Assembly (NCBI GenBank): GCA_963665235.2
Contig: CAXXLX010000001.1
Coordinates: forward strand, 2,912,001 to 2,976,000
Direction: 5' to 3'
DNA: 64,000 nucleotides
Source of the DNA: Candidatus Poribacteria bacterium
GTDB taxonomy: Bacteria > Poribacteria > WGA-4E > WGA-3G
The stretch's first letter is position 1. Every line of letters begins with the position of its first letter. Positions 47,484-57,628 of the stretch are shown here, one piece after another. The position numbers and the translations under genes are program-made. Below the pieces are notes generated by a model, which did not search any database, had not been told where the DNA came from, and saw only the letters and a list, made by a program, of their open reading frames with translations.

Positions 47484-48620
47484 ATGCGTAAAATAGCACA
47501 CGTAGAAGTTTTTCCCACTGCTATCGGACTTAAAGATGTCTTTACCATCGGCACTGGCTTTGTCGGTGCCCCAGATGCAGCGGGACATCATATCTTCGTC
47601 AAAATTACAACGGACGATGGTTATATCGGTTGGGGGGAACAGCGCGCCCTCCCCTCTTGGAGCTACGAAACGACTGAATCCATCGTAACTACTATTCAAC
47701 ACTACATCGCGCCCCTGCTTCTTGGACAGAATCCGCTGCACCTCAACGCAATTCATGACGAAATCTATCAGACATTGAAACCGGCTGTGAGCAACGGGCA
47801 TCCCTTCGCGAAGGCGGCTGTTGATATCGCTTTGCACGACCTCATTGGACGTATCCTGAATGTACCACTGCACACACTCTTCGGCGGGAAACGACAGGAC
47901 ACACTTCCGCTCTGCTACGCTTTGAGTATTGATACACCTGAAATAATGGGGTTGAAGGCGAAAGCGTTGTCCCCTTGTTCATGTTTCAAAGTGAAAGTTG
48001 CTGGCACCCCCGCCGCGGATGCTGAGCGGCTACATGCAGTAAATGAAGCCGTACCAGATGCTAAACTCTGGATTGATGCAAATCAGTCCTACACACCCGC
48101 TAATGCAATTGAATTGCTCAAACGCACAGCAGATATTCGCGAAATTTACTGCATGGAACAACCGGTAGCAAGCCAAGACTGGTTCGGTATGAAACGGGTA
48201 AGAGACCGCGCGACGATTCCTGTTGCTATTGATGAGGGCTGCTTTACCTCCTTCGACCTGTCAAAAATTGCACGCCTTGAATGCGCGGATGCTGTCGTTT
48301 TGAAGATTTGTAAATCTGGGGGGCTAGCGGAATGCCTTAAGAGCGTTCACGTCGCTGAAGCAAATGCATTGGAATTGCTCGGCAGCGGTTTGACAGAAGC
48401 AGGTATCGGTTTTATTGCTAGTGTACATCTCTTTGCAACGTTGTCGCTCGTCCTGCCAGCGGAACTGAATGCCCCCGCGTTTCTGGAAACGATGGCAGTC
48501 AGCGGTATCCAAATCCGAGACCATGTCGTAACAGTGCCGATGGGGCCGGGTCTTGGTGTTACACTAGATGAAGATTATATCAAGGCACACCTGATAAAAA
48601 ATTTACAGACGCTTCTCTAA
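47484..48620 (+). CDS. Mandelate racemase/muconate lactonizing enzyme (enolase superfamily)
   Basis: AAVDIALHDL, FKVKV, DANQ, EQP and DEG. Confidence 0.88.
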   Translation: MRKIAHVEVFPTAIGLKDVFTIGTGFVGAPDAAGHHIFVKITTDDGYIGWGEQRALPSWSYETTESIVTTIQHYIAPLLLGQNPLHLNAIHDEIYQTLKPAVSNGHPFAKAAVDIALHDLIGRILNVPLHTLFGGKRQDTLPLCYALSIDTPEIMGLKAKALSPCSCFKVKVAGTPAADAERLHAVNEAVPDAKLWIDANQSYTPANAIELLKRTADIREIYCMEQPVASQDWFGMKRVRDRATIPVAIDEGCFTSFDLSKIARLECADAVVLKICKSGGLAECLKSVHVAEANALELLGSGLTEAGIGFIASVHLFATLSLVLPAELNAPAFLETMAVSGIQIRDHVVTVPMGPGLGVTLDEDYIKAHLIKNLQTLL

Positions 48621-48628
48621 AAATTTTC

Positions 48629-48657
48629 TTGACTTTTTAGAAGGGTTTTGGTATACT
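48629..48657 (+). promoter_or_regulatory. Sigma70 promoter
   Basis: TTGACT-17 nt-TATACT. Confidence 0.6.
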
Positions 48658-48704
48658 ATTTAATTATACTACCTTGTGACGGTTTCACAAAAAGGAGCAG
48701 AACG

Positions 48705-49173
48705 ATGAATGAGAATCAAAACATTATACTTGAGACGATGAAACAGGGTTTTGAGGCTATTAACAAAAGACTCAATAACCTTGAGAACCGTTTCGATAAC
48801 CTCGAGAGCCGCCATGATAAACTTGAATTCCGCCTCGATGCCCATGAGGAACACTTCAAAAACATTGATGCGCGTTTCGACAAAGTTGACGAGCGTTTCG
48901 ACAAAGTTGACGACGCGTTTCGAGAAACTTGAAGAGGATATCGATGCGCGTTTCGACAAAGTTGACGAACGTTTCGAGAAACTTGAAGAGGATATCGATG
49001 CGCGTTTCGACAAAGTTAACGACCGTTTCGAGAAATTCCACGAGCTCTTAAGGGAACTCACAGTGAGCCTAGCAAAAACGAACACTGAAGTGGAGTGGAT
49101 AAAAAGAATCGGGTTAGGGATTGGTGGGTCTATACTCATCTACATCGTAAAACAGATTTTCTTTGGCAGTTAG
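48705..49173 (+). CDS. Coiled-coil RFDKVDE repeat protein with C-terminal TM, +1 frameshift near 48914
   Basis: One repeat reads GACGACGCGTTTC where the others read GACGAGCGTTTC. Joining the frames gives a single heptad-repeat protein. Confidence 0.7.
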
Positions 49174-49183
49174 TGTGGACATC

Positions 49184-50365
49184 TCAAGTTCGCTGTTTTG
49201 CGGTGATGAGGTAAATGCAGATTTCTACCGCAATTGCGAGGCCAATTGCTACTGCACAGAGCAGGTAAGGATTCCAAATTTCTGACTGAGAATCCGCAGC
49301 AATACCCCCCAAGAGCGGTCCCAGCAGCGTACCAACTGCTAAGACTGCTTCATGCCAACCACTCTTGTTTCCCTTGTCCGTGTGCCGGTCCAAGCCGTAA
49401 TAGAGGCTACTGAAATAGGTAAATGCGACGGACATTCCGATAGCAGCGAACGCACATGTCCAGAGTGCAGGACGCTGAAATTGCCATATCCCCACAAAAC
49501 TCAAAATTCCCACCCCCTGCATGACTAATAACGGGCCGAATCGATAGTGCCATCGGGTTGAATAGCCTGTACCGAGTACAAGAAATGCTAATGTCTGAAC
49601 GCCGCCGAGCGTGAGCATGAAATTGCCGAAAACTTTGGGCGGAATCCCCATCTCCAAGGTGAGCTTGGGGGCAAGTTGGCGCAGAATGCCGAGCGTGAAC
49701 CACGAGGCAAAGTTGGCACATCTCGCCAGATTGAGGTAGATAGTCCTCACCGTTAATGATGGATATAACGGTTCTGTTGTCTCCGGTACCGCTTCTATCC
49801 CGTGAGCGGATGATGTGGGTTTATGTGAAAAGATTGTGACAAAAGTGAGCACACTGAGAACAGTAGCAAGATAGAACGGCATAAACGGATTGGCATCCCG
49901 ATACAGATAGCTTGACGCTGTCGGTCCCAAGGTTATCCCGATGCTCCAAAACAGATTGAAAAGCATCATTCGCTGTATTAATTTACCTTCGCCTTCGCGC
50001 TCTGCAAGCCACGCCTCGTACGCAGGCCAAAAGAGTGCCATACTGATGCCGACTCCCGGAAAAATCAGGAGAAGGTGGAGCTTGCTACGACAGAAAGGCA
50101 AGCCGAGGCTGACACCTCCGACTAGCACGCATGCCGCATAAAGCATATATCGTCGTTCACTTCGATCGGAAAACCATCCGAACGGAATTGCGAGGCACGC
50201 GAAAAAAGCGGTCGGTATTGCCATCAGTACCCCAAGGAAGGTTGAGGTGAGTCCCAGTTTGCTCGTATAAAAAGAGGTATTGGTGAGAAGTCCGCTAAAC
50301 GCAAAATCTATAAGGAGTACTGGTAGATAGACGGTGAAAAGTTGAACCGGTTTTAGGTGGTGCAT
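49184..50365 (-). CDS. MFS transporter
   Basis: About 12 TM segments and motif-A-like GWFSDRSERR. Confidence 0.85.
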   Translation of the reverse strand: MHHLKPVQLFTVYLPVLLIDFAFSGLLTNTSFYTSKLGLTSTFLGVLMAIPTAFFACLAIPFGWFSDRSERRYMLYAACVLVGGVSLGLPFCRSKLHLLLIFPGVGISMALFWPAYEAWLAEREGEGKLIQRMMLFNLFWSIGITLGPTASSYLYRDANPFMPFYLATVLSVLTFVTIFSHKPTSSAHGIEAVPETTEPLYPSLTVRTIYLNLARCANFASWFTLGILRQLAPKLTLEMGIPPKVFGNFMLTLGGVQTLAFLVLGTGYSTRWHYRFGPLLVMQGVGILSFVGIWQFQRPALWTCAFAAIGMSVAFTYFSSLYYGLDRHTDKGNKSGWHEAVLAVGTLLGPLLGGIAADSQSEIWNPYLLCAVAIGLAIAVEICIYLITAKQRT

Positions 50366-50399
50366 TTATCGCGTTCTTCAGGGATGGCACACGGTGTCT

Positions 50400-51398
50400 T
50401 TAATCCTGGAGTGCCACAATCTTTGCATCAACCGTGTGATAACCTAATGCATCCACAGGTTTCGCTTTAATCCCTTTTTCCTCTTGCGTGAGTCCATTGT
50501 GTGTTGTGGCTCTAGCGTAAATTTCGACGGGGCCTGCTTTTTTCGGCACCTCCCATTTCCATTTCCAGAGTACCCATGCAAGCGGGTTGTCTTTCGCCCA
50601 AATCTCCGCTTTTTGCCACGTTTCCCCGTAATCGATGCTCACCTCCACGGACTTGATACCGCCATGGTGGCCGGCATCAAATGCGGCACCGCTGACTGTG
50701 TAGGGTGTTCCCGCAGTAATTTCTTCGTCCATACTCGGTGTACCGATGACTGTTGCAAGTTTCACATTTGCAACCGGATCCCAGCCGCGTTTTTCCCAGT
50801 ACCCTTCATGTGTTTTTGCTAGGTGGATATTGACTATCCATTTCGGATTTTTAGTGCCGTAGTGTCCGGGGTTGAGCAATCGGATTGGGAATCCATGGTC
50901 TGTAGGGAGCGGTTTACCGTTCATCTCATAAGCGAGGAGCGTATCTTCATGCATAGCGTCAGCTAACGGAATAGCGGTATGATAGGCATCGGCGCATCGG
51001 AAGACAGCGACTTTCGCCTCAGGTTTTACCTTCACTTTTTGAAGTAGGTCGCGGAGACGTATACCTTTCCATTCGGCATTGCTCATCTGTTCTTTGCCAA
51101 TAGGGTCGCCGATGCACTTTAGGGTTCGCATCGTCTTAACCGCTTCTATTGCCGTTATGTCGGCAAGCTGCAGGGCTGCGGTAGGTTTTTCTACCAATCC
51201 GGTAATAGCCAATCGCCACTGTGCAGCGTCAATGACAATCGGTTCTCCGATTTGGAGGATATAGAATTCCTCGTTGGGGGTTATGAATGTGCGCGGTTTC
51301 AGCAAAGGTGCTTCATCGGTTTCTGCTTGTAATCGAAGCGGCAAAACTACACCTGCGGCACTCATTGCGCTCAGTTTGATGAAAGTTCTTCGTTTCAT
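50400..51398 (-). CDS. Sulfite oxidase-family molybdopterin oxidoreductase, Tat-exported
   Basis: KRRTFIK Tat motif, LKCIGD, LAYEMNG..L..HGFPIR and YGTKNPKW. Confidence 0.88.
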   Translation of the reverse strand: MKRRTFIKLSAMSAAGVVLPLRLQAETDEAPLLKPRTFITPNEEFYILQIGEPIVIDAAQWRLAITGLVEKPTAALQLADITAIEAVKTMRTLKCIGDPIGKEQMSNAEWKGIRLRDLLQKVKVKPEAKVAVFRCADAYHTAIPLADAMHEDTLLAYEMNGKPLPTDHGFPIRLLNPGHYGTKNPKWIVNIHLAKTHEGYWEKRGWDPVANVKLATVIGTPSMDEEITAGTPYTVSGAAFDAGHHGGIKSVEVSIDYGETWQKAEIWAKDNPLAWVLWKWKWEVPKKAGPVEIYARATTHNGLTQEEKGIKAKPVDALGYHTVDAKIVALQD

Positions 51399-51610
51399 GA
51401 GACATCCTTTTTATGCGAATCGCGCTCCGTTTTGTTGGCGCGCATCCGCATTGTAATCTTTACAACACCTCTGAGCATAATCGCCGTGCCGAAGGCAAGG
51501 AAAAGCAGCAACGCCCATGCCTTGTTATAAAAAAAATAGATAATAAAGCAGAGAACCATCAAGACAATGAAGACATTCAGAAGTGTTCTATTTTCGTACC
51601 ATTTTTGCAT
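51395..51610 (-). CDS. Small two-TM membrane protein
   Basis: Hydrophobic ORF whose stop overlaps the start of the molybdoenzyme gene. Confidence 0.55.
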   Translation of the reverse strand: MQKWYENRTLLNVFIVLMVLCFIIYFFYNKAWALLLFLAFGTAIMLRGVVKITMRMRANKTERDSHKKDVS

Positions 51611-51888
51611 CTGTTTATATTTTTATAGCAGCAGTTTGGAATCTTATTGATGCTGCGGTCATTAGTTTATTGAAGGTGAAGTCGTTATAATTCATGTTCG
51701 CAATACCTTCACTCGAAAAAAAGTCTATATAAAAATGATACCATATACATACTTGAATGTCAACCAGAATTTAATTTGGATTCTGCACAGTTTTTTCTTG
51801 CCTTTTGTTTGATAAAGTGCTATGCTATTCCTATACATTTTATGCAGACCAAAACACCTTTTTTTAAAAGAAAGAACAGGAACGTATT

Positions 51889-53376
51889 ATGCCAAAAAAA
51901 CCGAATATCCTTTTTCTTATGACCGACCAGCAGCGATTTGATACAGTGGGCGCGCTTGGAAATTCAACCATCCAGACCCCAGGACTCGATCGAATTGTAC
52001 GAGAGGGTACAAGTTTTACGTCAGCGTATTGTCCATCGCCTGTATGTGTAGCATCCCGTTGCAGTTTCCTATTGGGACAGTGGCCACATGAAACAGGCTG
52101 CACAACTAACCGCGCGATGCCGCAAGAACGGCCTTCGGTGATGGAATTGCTGAACGAGGTAGGATATCAGACGCACGGTATCGGCAAGATGCACTTTACA
52201 CCGCAAGGACGCAAAATGTGGGGGTTTGAAACGCGAGACTTCTCCGAGGAGGGTGCCGGTCCCGACGATTTCACAGAATATCTTGGGGAAAATGGTTATA
52301 CACATGTTGTCGCACCACACGGCGAACGGAGCGAATACTACTACATTCCACAACCTTCACAACTTCCTGCCCGCTTACATCACACACAGTGGGTAGGTGA
52401 TAAAACGCTTCAATTTCTCTCCCAGCGCGATACGAGTCGCCCGTTTTTGTGTTGGAGTAGCTTTATTAAACCGCATCCCCCGTTTGAATCTCCTGTACCG
52501 TGGAATCGGCTCTATCGGACGGTGGAGATGCCGCTCCCGTTTTTACCGCCGGATTATGAGCATCTGCACACCTACTGGCACCGGTACCAAAATCGCTATA
52601 AATACCGGGACCAGGGGCGCGATATGAATCTCCTCCGGACGATGCGTGCTGCTTATTATGCTGCTATCTCCTTTATCGATTATCAGGTCAGTAGAGTTCT
52701 TGATTATCTTGAGTCGGAGGGTGAGCTTGATAATACCTTGATTGTATATACGTCCGACCATGGCGAATTGCTTGGCGATTATGATAGCTACGGAAAACGT
52801 TCTTTTCTTGATGCGGCTGCCCGAATTCCACTGCTTGTCCGCTATCCGGAACGTTTTGCGGCAGATGCGCGGTGTGATACCCCAACGAGTCTTGTCGATG
52901 TGCTGCCGACGAGCTTATGTGCAGCAGGGTTAACACCAAGTTCTGCACATAGCGGCGTTGACCTGGCCGATATTGCCGATGGTAAAACGGAACGGGATGC
53001 AATTATCGGACAATTCTCACAGGAAAGCGTAGGGTTGTATATGCTTTTGACGAATGATTACAAATATATCTACTCCGCTGCTGACCGACAAGAGTGGTTT
53101 TTCAAACGCATCCCCGGCAAACTTGATGAGCGGAGCCTTGCTGGTAATCCCGCGTATGGTAGAATACTGAATACGTATCGACAACGTTTGATTGAATGGT
53201 TCCGCGAGGATGACTATGAGCTGCCGCTTGAAGGCAACAAATGGCGTGAGTTTCCACAGCCGGTTGGACACGAAAATCCGGATGCAGGTCAACTTTTCCA
53301 AGATGGCCGCTCGGTGAGTGACCAGTTTCCGCCAGGGTATTCACCGGGTATTGACCCACTCAGACCGCCCTCTTAG
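51889..53376 (+). CDS. Sulfatase (formylglycine type)
   Basis: PNILFLMTDQQR, CVASR, GKMH and TSDHGE. Confidence 0.92.
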   Translation: MPKKPNILFLMTDQQRFDTVGALGNSTIQTPGLDRIVREGTSFTSAYCPSPVCVASRCSFLLGQWPHETGCTTNRAMPQERPSVMELLNEVGYQTHGIGKMHFTPQGRKMWGFETRDFSEEGAGPDDFTEYLGENGYTHVVAPHGERSEYYYIPQPSQLPARLHHTQWVGDKTLQFLSQRDTSRPFLCWSSFIKPHPPFESPVPWNRLYRTVEMPLPFLPPDYEHLHTYWHRYQNRYKYRDQGRDMNLLRTMRAAYYAAISFIDYQVSRVLDYLESEGELDNTLIVYTSDHGELLGDYDSYGKRSFLDAAARIPLLVRYPERFAADARCDTPTSLVDVLPTSLCAAGLTPSSAHSGVDLADIADGKTERDAIIGQFSQESVGLYMLLTNDYKYIYSAADRQEWFFKRIPGKLDERSLAGNPAYGRILNTYRQRLIEWFREDDYELPLEGNKWREFPQPVGHENPDAGQLFQDGRSVSDQFPPGYSPGIDPLRPPS

Positions 53377-53409
53377 CGTAAGAGGAGGGAGCTGGTAGAA
53401 ATTGCCGTT

Positions 53410-55818
53410 TCAGCAGAGTTCGCGTAGCTGCGCAACCCGTTCTGTTCCAGCGGGGAGGTATGCTAAAATGAGCCCGTCAATCGGCAAATTCCTGTCCGCT
53501 ACAACGCCTGTGCTGCGTTCAGCAGTTAACCCTTTAGAAAGCAGTAGATAAAAGGTATCCTTTTGCCAGCCAGGGGTAGTATAGAAATTTCCCTGCCCTT
53601 TTGAAATAACGATGTCTGCTGCGAGCAGCGCGTTGGTAAATTCAGGTGTGGTTTGATATAGATTGGTCCCGATTGTCTTTGCACCTGACGAGATGAGCGT
53701 GACACTACCTACTTGTATTGCGGACTGGAGTCGCTGGAATTGCGGGTATTCAACGATTTCATGTAGGTCGGCAAGTGTTACGTCATTGCTAGCGTTATCC
53801 GCTTTTCCGACAATACACACGCGGTGTCCACATTGTATCAACTCCTGAATGAAGGCGATATCAAAGATTATTTCGCCATCGTTGTCAGCAAGCCAGAGCA
53901 GCTGCTGTGGCGGTGCGTCAATAACCTTTTCGCGAAACTGTTCGTAACAATCAATAGCAAAAGGTGTCTCAACTGCTGCGCGGAGGGCATCGGAGAAGTA
54001 GTCGGGGTGTGTTTTCAGCTTCGTGACAACGCGCGCACTGCTGTAATCGATGACGTTCCCCGCGACAACCATCTTCAACCGGGTGAGCCAATTGTCTTCC
54101 CAAAACTGCGGGAGCAGTGTTAGGGCAGTTTGACGCGCCTTCAGTTTATCATAATGGTAAGGATTCGGGTTGCCTGTATGGAGCGTGACCATCTCAAAAA
54201 TAGTGCCCCACAGCTCCTCAGGGGTGAGGGATTCAATGACATAGCTGTTATCCGTTCGCCGCATATCTAGCAACCTCTCCACGGCTGCCCCGGCGAGTTG
54301 TTGTAGCTGCGAATTGCGCGTCGCCCGCGGAATTAACTCGGTGGTGCTATGGGATTGAACGTGTTTCCGCAAGTTTTCCCAATCCGGCAGCTCCCGCTTT
54401 TCGCCAAAGGTGAAAACACCGGGGATATAATCCGATGGAACAATCTGATTGAAAAGTGAGACGGGCACGTCATACGGCGGTTGCGCAAGCGGAACGCCTA
54501 ACGTTCGACGTTCCAACTTAATGCCAGCAGGAAGGACTGTGGAATATACATGAATTTCTGATAACTGAACGGCACTGCCTACTGTCACCGCATCAAACGT
54601 GCAATTTCTGATTGTGCTCCCGGTGGCAATGCCACGCACAGGGGCTGCTAACGGTTCAGGTAACGGATTTGATTCAAACACCGTATCCTTCGCGGAGACA
54701 TCTTGCAGCCCAACTGCATCTCCAACGGTTGTCTTGCCTAATAGTGTGACGTTTTCAAGTCGACAGTAGTTGCCAACCTGAACCTTTTCGCCTATATGCA
54801 CCCTGCCGATGAGATAACAGGCGGTCCCGATTTCTATTTCTGTATCGCCTAACGTTATCTGTGCATCTGGCGCGACCCGAACCCCCTTCCGAGTGAGGGT
54901 TTCTCGTGTCTGGGCAAACAGTGCCGCCTCACCGGATAATACGTTGGACCAGCGATTGACACCGGACAGTACATCTCCACGATAGATAAAGGCGTTTGTT
55001 TTCAACCCGTCCTCATAGCAGGACCGTATCAGATCGACGTGATGAAGTTCGTTATTCCGGTTTGTATGGGGTTGCAGTCGATGTATCCGCGCTAACAATG
55101 CACTTTTCCGTATGAGTGTGATGCCTGTGTTGGTATACGCCTCGCCGTTATGCCACCGGTCCCACATCTCCTGCTGCTCCGACGTTGTCATATCGTACCA
55201 CTCTTTTGTGCCGATAAATTTTCCTTCAGCATCGAAGAAAAGTCCGCCTTTATCTACAACAGTTTCAGGTATTTTGCCACATAGGGTAACGTCTGCCTTG
55301 GAGAGAAAGTGGGAAAGCAGGGTTTGTGCAAAAATAGCCGGTTCCAAGAACGGTTCATCGCCGAATGCCACGCCAATCCATTCTGCGTCAGACTTCTGAA
55401 GGGTTGGCAGTGCTGCTTGTAATGCTCCGCCTGTGCCGTTCATCTCTTCTTGGACGCAGAAAATAGCGTCCGGCCCTAGCAGCTGTACAGCAGATTCCTC
55501 ATTCTCAATACGCGATGCCATCTGTGGATTGATAACAACAATATCGGGCCGGGTGCCGGGGAGATAGCGTCGCGAATGCTGGAGCGTGTTCTGTTCACCG
55601 AACAGAATGTCCAAGGTTTTACTCAAGCGTCCGGTAGGGTCTATGCGTGTGCCTTTGCCTGCAGCGAGGACTACCCATTGTGGTGTGAGGTAGTTTTCAA
55701 GTGTGTCTGTAGGGAGTGTATCGAGAAAATTTTCAAGTGCCGTAGCGTCTACTGAAAGTGCTGCAAGCGTGTCTTCTAGTTTGCAACCGAGGAGATTTTC
55801 AAAGAGATGTGTTTTCAT
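53410..55818 (-). CDS. Fusion of GlmU-like NTP transferase, beta-helix-like region and ARMT1/DUF89 phosphatase
   Basis: VLAAGKGTR, Q...GTGGAL, GVN and hexapeptide-like repeats. The C-terminus has GNVIDY, DNDGE, NDVT and SKGQGNF. Confidence 0.8.
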   Translation of the reverse strand: MKTHLFENLLGCKLEDTLAALSVDATALENFLDTLPTDTLENYLTPQWVVLAAGKGTRIDPTGRLSKTLDILFGEQNTLQHSRRYLPGTRPDIVVINPQMASRIENEESAVQLLGPDAIFCVQEEMNGTGGALQAALPTLQKSDAEWIGVAFGDEPFLEPAIFAQTLLSHFLSKADVTLCGKIPETVVDKGGLFFDAEGKFIGTKEWYDMTTSEQQEMWDRWHNGEAYTNTGITLIRKSALLARIHRLQPHTNRNNELHHVDLIRSCYEDGLKTNAFIYRGDVLSGVNRWSNVLSGEAALFAQTRETLTRKGVRVAPDAQITLGDTEIEIGTACYLIGRVHIGEKVQVGNYCRLENVTLLGKTTVGDAVGLQDVSAKDTVFESNPLPEPLAAPVRGIATGSTIRNCTFDAVTVGSAVQLSEIHVYSTVLPAGIKLERRTLGVPLAQPPYDVPVSLFNQIVPSDYIPGVFTFGEKRELPDWENLRKHVQSHSTTELIPRATRNSQLQQLAGAAVERLLDMRRTDNSYVIESLTPEELWGTIFEMVTLHTGNPNPYHYDKLKARQTALTLLPQFWEDNWLTRLKMVVAGNVIDYSSARVVTKLKTHPDYFSDALRAAVETPFAIDCYEQFREKVIDAPPQQLLWLADNDGEIIFDIAFIQELIQCGHRVCIVGKADNASNDVTLADLHEIVEYPQFQRLQSAIQVGSVTLISSGAKTIGTNLYQTTPEFTNALLAADIVISKGQGNFYTTPGWQKDTFYLLLSKGLTAERSTGVVADRNLPIDGLILAYLPAGTERVAQLRELC

Positions 55819-55935
55819 TTAATTACCTGTTAATCCTCTATAAACATATCGTTCCTACCAAATCAACGCCATAAGCGCATAAGGAATTTGGCGGGCCTGA
55901 AAACCATTCCGCCGAAGTGCATGGAAATGACTGTA

Positions 55936-56349
55936 TCATTTCAGGAGACGTATAAAACCAGCTTGTTCAAAGTGGTGGTCTGCTGTTAATGCTTCAGTTA
56001 GATCATGCTCTTGCATCACAATGAAGCTAGCAGCGTCGACGAGGCTCCATTGTTTGTCTAGGCGATGTGCAAGCAGCTGCCACGTCTTGTTGTCTAGTGA
56101 CTCGTCTATATGAATAATTTCGACCCAACCAATTGAGCGAATAGTCTCAATATAATTCAGACTCCTTGCGCGAGGCACCCGAAGGCGAATGAATAGGGCG
56201 ACTAGTTCAGCTAGAACGTAATTTGTCGTGACGATGTGCCGGTTGGATTGCTTCCACTGATTTACTAACGTGGCGGCTTCCGCATGATAGGGTTCAGTCT
56301 TAAGAAAAGCATTTGCCCATCCGGAGGTGTCTGCGAAAACCTTATTCAC
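55936..56349 (-). CDS. PIN domain (VapC-like) nuclease
   Basis: FADTS, TTNYVLAE, SLVDAASF and TADHHFEQAGF. Confidence 0.9.
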   Translation of the reverse strand: MNKVFADTSGWANAFLKTEPYHAEAATLVNQWKQSNRHIVTTNYVLAELVALFIRLRVPRARSLNYIETIRSIGWVEIIHIDESLDNKTWQLLAHRLDKQWSLVDAASFIVMQEHDLTEALTADHHFEQAGFIRLLK

Positions 56350-56800
56350 TGTTATCTCCTTGGCCTTCAGTCAACAGTGCATCTCCGATATAGTCGTCGT
56401 GACGTTCGCCAATGTCTGTTACGTTAGCTTCTAATGTACCTAATAGGGCAAGGAGCGGATCCGGGTTATCCTCGTGTGCTCCTTTAACCACTCGTACTTC
56501 CACCACTGTCCCAATAGGGATGTCGGGCTCACTTATATCATCCGATTTAAGCGTTTCTACCAAGGCAAGAAGCACATCGGTCTCTTGTGTTTCTTTGGGG
56601 CCACCTGTGTTATCTTGTCTATCGTTTAAGGTGAGTTCCGCAGAAGATAGAGCTGCCCGTTTTCCGAATGCCTGCATTTGCTCAACAATTGGCACATAAG
56701 CCCTAAAAGGAAGGTTCACTCCATCAGGAACCGTGTTCAAATATTGCGTTATTGGTGCGGGGACAATTCGCAATTTTTTAACAAAAACTGTCTGTTTCAT
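56342..56800 (-). CDS. Hypothetical protein, antitoxin-like
   Basis: Overlaps the PIN start. C-terminal DPLLALLGTL..DIGERHDDY resembles PIN-associated antitoxins. GGAGG lies before ATG 56800. Confidence 0.6.
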   Translation of the reverse strand: MKQTVFVKKLRIVPAPITQYLNTVPDGVNLPFRAYVPIVEQMQAFGKRAALSSAELTLNDRQDNTGGPKETQETDVLLALVETLKSDDISEPDIPIGTVVEVRVVKGAHEDNPDPLLALLGTLEANVTDIGERHDDYIGDALLTEGQGDNSE

Positions 56801-56801
56801 T

Positions 56802-57596
56802 TCACTTTCCCTCCAAAATTTTGCCAAGAGATTTTTGACGTATCCATTGAAATCCATCGAACGGTGTAACAAGTGCGATATCAATATCACCTCCAACATT
56901 GGGTATTGTCTGTGCGAACCGTTGGTGAGCAATTGTCGTACGAATTAAAAATTCAGCGTAATCAATCGCATCTTGTAAAGAAAACACCGGATAAGGAGGT
57001 TGACTTTCGGGATTCCTTTCATACAGCTCCCATATTGCTTGCACTACTTCTCGACTCCCCGAAACTGTACATCCTAATTGGTCCATAACCTGGTACTTCA
57101 TGTTTTTGCCTACCAAAATTTCAACTGTTTTGGGTTCAATATCATCATAACCGACGATTTGAAATCCTAGAACTGCTTGATTGTCGGGCAAAACGTCTAT
57201 ATCAATGTTTTCTCGTTTCAATTGCTGTTCGCAAAGATTTTGAATTTTATCACCTATATTTTGGGCAATCGCGGTAACCCCCTCAGAAGATATCGACTCT
57301 AATTTTTGCTGCAATAAACGCATTATGAAGTAAACAGATTTATTGGCAATTAGACCTGCACCAAATATTCCTATACCAAATTTCCCCAAAAATGGAAAAA
57401 CCTTTTGTGCATAAGAAAAAGTTGCCCCGGGTAATGGGAAAATTGGAGATTTTGATTGGATTTCATGCTGATGATTGCAAGATGGACAAGTCACATCAAA
57501 TGTTGTCTCAAATTGGCCTCCTGCCATCAATGTTGATAGACTATCCGCTGCAATCACAATGCCATCCGGAATCCTAAGCGAAACAATAAGCGTCAT
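56802..57596 (-). CDS. Proteasome beta-subunit-like Ntn hydrolase with Zn-ribbon insert
   Basis: N-terminal M-T-LIV....GIVIAADS, a CPSC.HQH insert, and C-terminal DAIDYAEFLI..T...VGGDIDIALVT. Confidence 0.72.
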   Translation of the reverse strand: MTLIVSLRIPDGIVIAADSLSTLMAGGQFETTFDVTCPSCNHQHEIQSKSPIFPLPGATFSYAQKVFPFLGKFGIGIFGAGLIANKSVYFIMRLLQQKLESISSEGVTAIAQNIGDKIQNLCEQQLKRENIDIDVLPDNQAVLGFQIVGYDDIEPKTVEILVGKNMKYQVMDQLGCTVSGSREVVQAIWELYERNPESQPPYPVFSLQDAIDYAEFLIRTTIAHQRFAQTIPNVGGDIDIALVTPFDGFQWIRQKSLGKILEGK

Positions 57597-57628
57597 ATTT
57601 AATATTTCCTAACCTATATTAAAACGTT

